Assembly: GCA_009843735.1 (NCBI GenBank)
Contig: VYCW01000089.1
Coordinates: 5,598 to 69,597, forward strand
Origin: Acidimicrobiaceae bacterium
Lineage (GTDB): Bacteria > Actinomycetota > Acidimicrobiia > Acidimicrobiales > Aldehydirespiratoraceae
Length of the DNA stretch: 64,000 bases
Direction: 5' to 3'
The notes under the pieces were generated by a model that saw nothing but the letters and a program-made list of their open reading frames with translations, was not told where the DNA came from and searched no databases. The stretch's first letter is position 1; each line of letters begins with the position of its first letter. Position numbers and translations under genes: made by a program. Positions 58,793 through 64,000 of this stretch are shown here, one piece after another.

Positions 58793-60079
58793 TCAGCGCG
58801 GCCCGATGGACGTGATCCCGCCCATGTACGGGTGCAGGGCCTCGGGGACGGCTATGGAGCCGTCGGGCTGGCGGCAGGTCTCCACCAGCCCGGCCCACAC
58901 CCGGGGCACGGCCAGGCCGGAGCCGTTGAGGCTGTGCACCATCTGGGTGCGGCCCCCGGCCTCGGGCCGGTACCGGATGTTCGCCCGCCGGGCCTGGTAG
59001 TCGCGGCACCACGAGATGCTCGACACCTCCAGCCAGCGGTCGGCGCCGGGGGCGTACACCTCGATGTCGAACGTGCGGGCCGAGGCCGCGCCGATGTCCG
59101 CGGTGCACAGGTCGAGGACCCGGTGGGCCAGGCCCAGGTCGACGATGGCCCGCTCGGCCCGATCGAGGATCTCAGCGTGCAGGTCGTGGGCCTGCTCGGG
59201 TGTGCAGAAGCCGTACAGCTCAACCTTGTCGAACTCGTGGACCCTCAGCAGCCCACGGGTGTCCCGGCCGGCCGAGCCGGCCTCTCGCCGGAAGCACGAG
59301 GTGTGGCCCATCAGCCTTATGGGCAGGTCGGCCTCCTCGACGATCTCGCCCGACAGCAGCGATGTCAGCGGCACCTCGGCGGTGGGGATGGCCCACAGTC
59401 CGTCCCGCTCGACCTGGTAGGCCTCGTCGGAGAACTTGGGCAGGTGACCGGTGCTGGTCATGGTCTCGGTCCGCACCAGGGTGGGTGGCCTGATCTCCTC
59501 GTACAGGTCCCGGTTGCGGTCGAGCCCGTAGTCGATGAGGGCCCGCACCAGACGGGCCCCGAGCCCCCGGTACATGGCGAACATGGAGCCCGACATGCGC
59601 ACGGCCCGGTCGATGTCGAGGATGCCGAGCTCGGTGCCGATGTCCCAGTGGGGCACCCGCTGGTGGGGCTGGTAGGAGTCCGGGTCGAAGCCGACGGTGC
59701 GCACCAGGACGTTGTCGTCGGGACCCGAGCCGCCAGGGCAGTCCTCGGCGGGCATGTTGGGCACGAACAGCAGGATCCGCCTGATCCACTCCGAGAGCTG
59801 CTCGCCCTCCGCGTCCAGCTCATCGATACGGGTGCCGAGCTCCCGGCTGCGGGCCCGGAGCTCATCGGCCTCGCCGGCCCGGCCGTCGCGATGGAGGGCG
59901 CCGACCTCGGCCGAGATCCGCTTGACCTCGGACCGTAGCTCGTCGGCCTCGCTCACCACTGCCCGCCGGCGCTCGTCGTGGGCGATTACCTGGTCGAGGG
60001 GCGCGGTGGGCTCGCCCCGGCGGGCGACCGCGGCCTTGACCGTCTCGGGCTCGGCCCTCAGCTGGCGCAGATCGAGCAT
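58793..60079 (-). CDS. serS: Seryl-tRNA synthetase
   Basis: PTAEVP, FRREAGS..RG..RVHEFDKVE, YQARR and LNGSGLA motifs. Confidence 0.97.
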   Translation of the reverse strand: MLDLRQLRAEPETVKAAVARRGEPTAPLDQVIAHDERRRAVVSEADELRSEVKRISAEVGALHRDGRAGEADELRARSRELGTRIDELDAEGEQLSEWIRRILLFVPNMPAEDCPGGSGPDDNVLVRTVGFDPDSYQPHQRVPHWDIGTELGILDIDRAVRMSGSMFAMYRGLGARLVRALIDYGLDRNRDLYEEIRPPTLVRTETMTSTGHLPKFSDEAYQVERDGLWAIPTAEVPLTSLLSGEIVEEADLPIRLMGHTSCFRREAGSAGRDTRGLLRVHEFDKVELYGFCTPEQAHDLHAEILDRAERAIVDLGLAHRVLDLCTADIGAASARTFDIEVYAPGADRWLEVSSISWCRDYQARRANIRYRPEAGGRTQMVHSLNGSGLAVPRVWAGLVETCRQPDGSIAVPEALHPYMGGITSIGPR

Positions 60080-60223
60080 CCCTGGACAGTACCGGCTCAT
60101 CCCGCCGGTGCGTTGAGCAGCAGGGTGGTCGCGGACCGGCCCTGGCGCTTCCATTTGCCCAACTGGACATCCCCATTTATCCTCAGGTTAGGGTCGGGCT
60201 GTGGACAGTCCAGCGAAACTGAC

Positions 60224-60277
60224 TGTTAATACATATAGAATAACCAATTAACTGATAACTAGCAGAGAAATAGTAGT
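60224..60277 (+). promoter_or_regulatory. AT-rich upstream region of the KamA-like gene
   Basis: tgttaatacatatagaataaccaattaactgataactag in a ~70% GC background; contains TAGAAT. Confidence 0.5.
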
Positions 60278-61804
60278 ATGAAGAAGATAAAGTACGTACC
60301 CACCGATAGAGAGCGGCGCGTCCTCGACCACGTCGAGAACCCTCGCTACGACCGCCAGATCGTCAACGGTCTGGAGCCGTTCATCAACCAGAGCGCACCC
60401 GCCGACATGCGCGGCTTCTACACCCCGGTCGAGCTGTCCGACCTGCAGAGCCTCAAGGGAACCGACCGCGATGTCGAGGACCGCATGCCGGTCAAGATCA
60501 CCCGCCACTACTTCGACATGGCCCGCCACAGCCCGGCGCTCCAGAAGCTGGTCAAGGGCTCGGTGGACGAGACCCTGAACCTCGACGGCGAGGAGGACCC
60601 CGCCAGCCAGCTCAACTACAGCCCCATCGAGGGGATCCTCCACAAGTACGAGATGGCATTGCTGTACGTCATCTCAACCTGCTCGGCCCACTGCCGGTTC
60701 TGCTACCGGGAGGAGTTGATCGCCCGCAAGGACATCGAGCGGGCCGACGGCACCGTCAAGAAGAAGGGCCTCGCCCAGATCGCCGAGGTGACCGACTACA
60801 TCCGGACCCACAACGCCGCGGTCAAGGCCAACGGCGGCCGGCATCCCGAGACCGGTCGGCCCAAGCTGCGGGAGATCCTGCTCTCGGGCGGTGATCCGAT
60901 GGTGCTCCCCAACTCCAAGCTGGCCGGCTGGTTCACCGCGCTGGCCGAGGCGGGCGCGGAGGTCATAAGGGTGGGCACCAAGGAGCTCGCCTTCCATCCC
61001 GACCGCTTCGACGAGGCGTTCCTCTCGATGATCGACCGGTTCCACGAGGTGTACCCCGATGTGGCACTGCGGCTGATGGTGCACTTCAACCATCCCGACG
61101 AACTGCTGACCAAGGACGCCGACGGCAACTACATCGCCGACGAGCACGGGCGCTACCGGTGGAACCCCAGCACCCGGCGGGCCGTCGACGCGGTCGTGTC
61201 GCGGGGCTGGATATGCGTGGAGAACCAGTCCCCGATCATCCGAGGGGTCAACGACGACGCTGACGCCCTGCGCATCCTGCAGCGGACCCTCAAGGCGGCC
61301 GGCATCGAGAACCACTACTTCTTCGGGGGCCGCAACATCGTGGCCTACAAGGCCTTCAACGTGCCCATCGAGACCGCGTGGCACCTGCTCAACGACTCGC
61401 AGCGGGGCCTGTCGGGCGTCGAGGCCCACGCCCGGCTCACCTGCGTTCACTTCAAGGGCAAGACGGAGGTCGCGGCGGTCACCGAGGAGCCGATTCCCGG
61501 CCTGCCCGGAGCCGAGAACGGCGTCGTCGTCTTCAAGGTGCTGCGCAGCCCCGCCGACGCCGGCGAGCGAGGCAAGGTCGCCATCGTGGGTCGCAACCCC
61601 GAGGCGCTCTGGTTCGACGACTACACCGACCGGGTCATCATCGACGAGGCCGGGCTCTTCGACTACTACCGAAGCCCCGCGGGATCCGCCGCGGCCTCCA
61701 CCAACGGCTCAACCCCGGCAAGCCCGTCCCGCCGCACCCCGGCCGACCGGCACCGCGACGAGGAGATCCACAAGCACCGCACCCCGGTCCAGCGCCAGAC
61801 CTGA
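60278..61804 (+). CDS. KamA-family radical SAM aminomutase-like enzyme
   Basis: CSAHCRFCYR, LSGGDP, HFNHPDEL, NQSPIIRGVND and probable PLP Lys in GK. Confidence 0.85.
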   Translation: MKKIKYVPTDRERRVLDHVENPRYDRQIVNGLEPFINQSAPADMRGFYTPVELSDLQSLKGTDRDVEDRMPVKITRHYFDMARHSPALQKLVKGSVDETLNLDGEEDPASQLNYSPIEGILHKYEMALLYVISTCSAHCRFCYREELIARKDIERADGTVKKKGLAQIAEVTDYIRTHNAAVKANGGRHPETGRPKLREILLSGGDPMVLPNSKLAGWFTALAEAGAEVIRVGTKELAFHPDRFDEAFLSMIDRFHEVYPDVALRLMVHFNHPDELLTKDADGNYIADEHGRYRWNPSTRRAVDAVVSRGWICVENQSPIIRGVNDDADALRILQRTLKAAGIENHYFFGGRNIVAYKAFNVPIETAWHLLNDSQRGLSGVEAHARLTCVHFKGKTEVAAVTEEPIPGLPGAENGVVVFKVLRSPADAGERGKVAIVGRNPEALWFDDYTDRVIIDEAGLFDYYRSPAGSAAASTNGSTPASPSRRTPADRHRDEEIHKHRTPVQRQT

Positions 61805-61822
61805 CCGGTACCTCGGCTCTTG

Positions 61823-63073
61823 TCAGGCCGCCACCAGCGAGTCGAGGTGGCCGGCCAGATGGTCCACGAGGTCACCGCTGTCGTCGCCAGCCCCGAGGAT
61901 GAAGCTCGACTTGCGCCGGCGCAGGAAGTTGAGCCCGATGATGTACATGCCGGGAGAGTCCGTGACGACCCCGCCGTCGTGGCGGACCTGGCCCTTCCGG
62001 TCGATCACCGGAACGTCGAGCCACGGGTATTCGGCCTTGAATCCGGTGGCCCAGATGACGGTGCGTATGTCGCCCCGGGCCAGGTCCAGGCTCAGCGGCG
62101 GCGATTCCGGCACCCGGGTGGGCGCGAACCTCTCCGGCGGCCCGACGGTGTCGAGACAGCTCTCGTCGGCCCACTCGTCGAACGTGTCGAGCAGCCGTCC
62201 CAGCTTGAGGTCGGCGAGCTCGCACTTGTTGGTCAGCGATCCTGACAGCAGCGCCTCGGTCCCCCGCACGGCCGCGAGCCTGCCCACCAGGCGCACGCCC
62301 TGATCGGTGAGGGCATTGAGATCAAGCGTGACCCGTTCGGGGGTGCCCACCAGCTGAGGGGACGGCGTGCGCCGCACCCGCACCACGTCGTCGACCTCGT
62401 CGTAGCGCTCGTCGAACAGGCCCGAGCGCTCCATCCACCACAGGATGTCCCGACCCCGGTAGAGGCGGGGCATGCGCACGTGCTCGCCCACGGCCACGGT
62501 GACGGGACGGCCGGATCGGTGAACCTCGTCGGCGATCTGCACACCGGTGGCCGAGGCCCCCACGACCAGCACCCCGCCGGGGGCCAGCCGCTGGGGGTTG
62601 CGGTACTCGAAGGCACTGAGCGCGGAGACCGGTGCCGGTAGCGAACCACCCAGCTCGGGAACCTTGGCCACGTTGAAGCCGCCCGTGGCCAGCACCACCG
62701 TCTCACACTCCCAGCGGCCCTTGTCGGTGTCGACGATGTAGCCAGCGCCCGAGGGTCGCACCGAGGTGACCGTCGTGCCGGTGCGCACCGGAGCCTCGAT
62801 GGCACGTGCGTAGCCCGATACGAACTCGATGACCTCGGGCATCGACATGAAGCCGTCCGGGTCTGTGCCGCCGTGTGACCGGTAGTTGTAGCCGGGCAGC
62901 CGGCTCTGCCAGTTGGGGGTCAGCAGCCGCAGCGAGTCCCAGCGCTGGGTCCGCCATGAGTTGGCCACCTCGCCCCGCTCGAGCACGACATGCTCGATGG
63001 AGCGCTCGGTGAGGCACCGGCTGACGGCCAGGCCGCAGTGCCCGGCCCCCACGACGACCGTCGTCGTCCGCAT
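61823..63073 (-). CDS. FAD/NAD(P)-dependent flavin monooxygenase-like oxidoreductase
   Basis: GAGHCG, RWDSLRLLTPNW, VGASATG.Q and WATGF motifs. Confidence 0.87.
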   Translation of the reverse strand: MRTTTVVVGAGHCGLAVSRCLTERSIEHVVLERGEVANSWRTQRWDSLRLLTPNWQSRLPGYNYRSHGGTDPDGFMSMPEVIEFVSGYARAIEAPVRTGTTVTSVRPSGAGYIVDTDKGRWECETVVLATGGFNVAKVPELGGSLPAPVSALSAFEYRNPQRLAPGGVLVVGASATGVQIADEVHRSGRPVTVAVGEHVRMPRLYRGRDILWWMERSGLFDERYDEVDDVVRVRRTPSPQLVGTPERVTLDLNALTDQGVRLVGRLAAVRGTEALLSGSLTNKCELADLKLGRLLDTFDEWADESCLDTVGPPERFAPTRVPESPPLSLDLARGDIRTVIWATGFKAEYPWLDVPVIDRKGQVRHDGGVVTDSPGMYIIGLNFLRRRKSSFILGAGDDSGDLVDHLAGHLDSLVAA

Positions 63074-63106
63074 GAACCCGCGAGCTGGGTTATCGGGCGG
63101 TCGGGC

Positions 63107-63661
63107 TCAGTTGACCTCGACACTCACGTTGGTCGGGTTGGTGATGATGTCGTAGACGGCCGACCGCTTCTGAGACTGGGCCACCAGTGCCCTGATCTCG
63201 TCGGCGGTGGCGTCGGCATCGATGTCGTAGGAGACCTTGACGTCCTTGAAGCCGTTGCGGACGTCCGGGTCGCCTCCGAGGATCCCCAGGATGTCCATGC
63301 TGCCCTCCAGGGTGGCCTTCACCGATCGCAGCTGGATCTCGCGGTTCTGGGCCACGGCGGCGACCCCGGCGGTGAGGCAACTGGCCAGGCCGGCCAGCAC
63401 CAACTCGACCGGTGTGGCCGCGTTGTCCTCCGCCCCGAACACCAGCGGGTGATCGGCCTCGAAGGTGAAGGTCGAGCGGTGCTGGTGCTCCTCGCCGAGC
63501 CCGTGATAGCTGTCAACCGAGGAACGGCTGTGAGTGCCGTTCAACCACTCATTGGTTGCCTTCCAGGTGAACTGGGCCGCCTCGGGTGCCTCGCTGAGAG
63601 CCTGGCGGGCGCCCAGCAGGTGCTCGACGTTCACGCCGTTGTCGACGTTTGCAGTGGTCAT
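63107..63661 (-). CDS. OsmC-family protein
   Basis: DNGVN, ADHP..FG, TPVE..L..LASCL and RSAVYD motifs. Confidence 0.87.
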   Translation of the reverse strand: MTTANVDNGVNVEHLLGARQALSEAPEAAQFTWKATNEWLNGTHSRSSVDSYHGLGEEHQHRSTFTFEADHPLVFGAEDNAATPVELVLAGLASCLTAGVAAVAQNREIQLRSVKATLEGSMDILGILGGDPDVRNGFKDVKVSYDIDADATADEIRALVAQSQKRSAVYDIITNPTNVSVEVN

Positions 63662-63810
63662 CGGGTGGATGTCTCCTGTCTCATGGCGGTCTGCGGATGC
63701 GAACCGCGACGGTGACAGTGCAATCTAGAGGCTCGCCGGCTGAATCCCGACCTTACCGATCAACTTTTCAGGGAATTGGTCGAGGACTCCAAGCAGCACC
63801 GGCGGCGTGC

Positions 63811-64000
63811 TCAGAGAGGCTTGCGGGCCAGGAAGCAGTACAGAGGCGTGAAGATCCCTGACCTGCCGCCGGCGGCATAGGCACTGGCGGTCCGGTCCAG
63901 CATCTCGACGACGTCGGCCGAGCCCTTCGGCAGGATCCTCAGTGCCTCGGCCAGCCTGGACCCCCCTATTGCCGTCCTGCGGCCCTGCGGAACCCCGATC
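63811..64000 (-). CDS. C-terminus of a probable sterol 24-C-methyltransferase (partial; not in the ORF track)
   Basis: Translates ...GRRTAIGGSRLAEALRILPKGSADVVEMLDRTASAYAAGGRSGIFTPLYCFLARKPL*, matching the Sterol_MT_C pattern (PKG...GG..GIFTP.....ARKP). Confidence 0.7.
   Translation of the reverse strand, partial: IGVPQGRRTAIGGSRLAEALRILPKGSADVVEMLDRTASAYAAGGRSGIFTPLYCFLARKPL

Noticed and set aside
60278-61804. EF-P beta-lysylation enzyme EpmB
   Set aside because: Much longer than EpmB, no efp or epmA adjacent, and the lysine-binding residues appear altered.

Overview
High-GC (~70%) actinobacterial DNA, most consistent with an Acidimicrobiia genome. A sponge-associated or marine lineage is possible but is inference only. 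The window is gene-dense. It mixes housekeeping genes (selA, selB, serS, lysC, asd, dut, orn, pdxH, mrp, iscA, whiB, tRNA-Pro) with accessory modules. Highlights: (1) a selenoprotein that the ORF track splits at an in-frame TGA (D-U-G-S-C motif, SECIS-like hairpin, fused CxxC NifU-like domain), coupled to its GWTDGLP partner gene and close to Fe-S carrier genes and selA/selB; (2) an ndmCDE-like methylpurine N-demethylase beside a BMP-type ABC importer, with a miniaturised xanthine-dehydrogenase-like protein nearby; (3) a ~17 kb GntR-linked catabolic island (HpaB-type monooxygenase, UbiD, amidohydrolase, GlcG, peptide-type ABC, RidA, GGT, atypical M24, cupin, DUF2848) of unknown substrate; (4) a divergent KamA-like radical SAM enzyme behind an AT-rich patch; (5) the C-terminus of a probable sterol C-24 methyltransferase at the right edge; (6) two families of small palindromic repeats and many apparent leaderless promoters. 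No CRISPR array, rRNA, integrase or transposase was seen. All family calls come from motif recognition; no database search was run.
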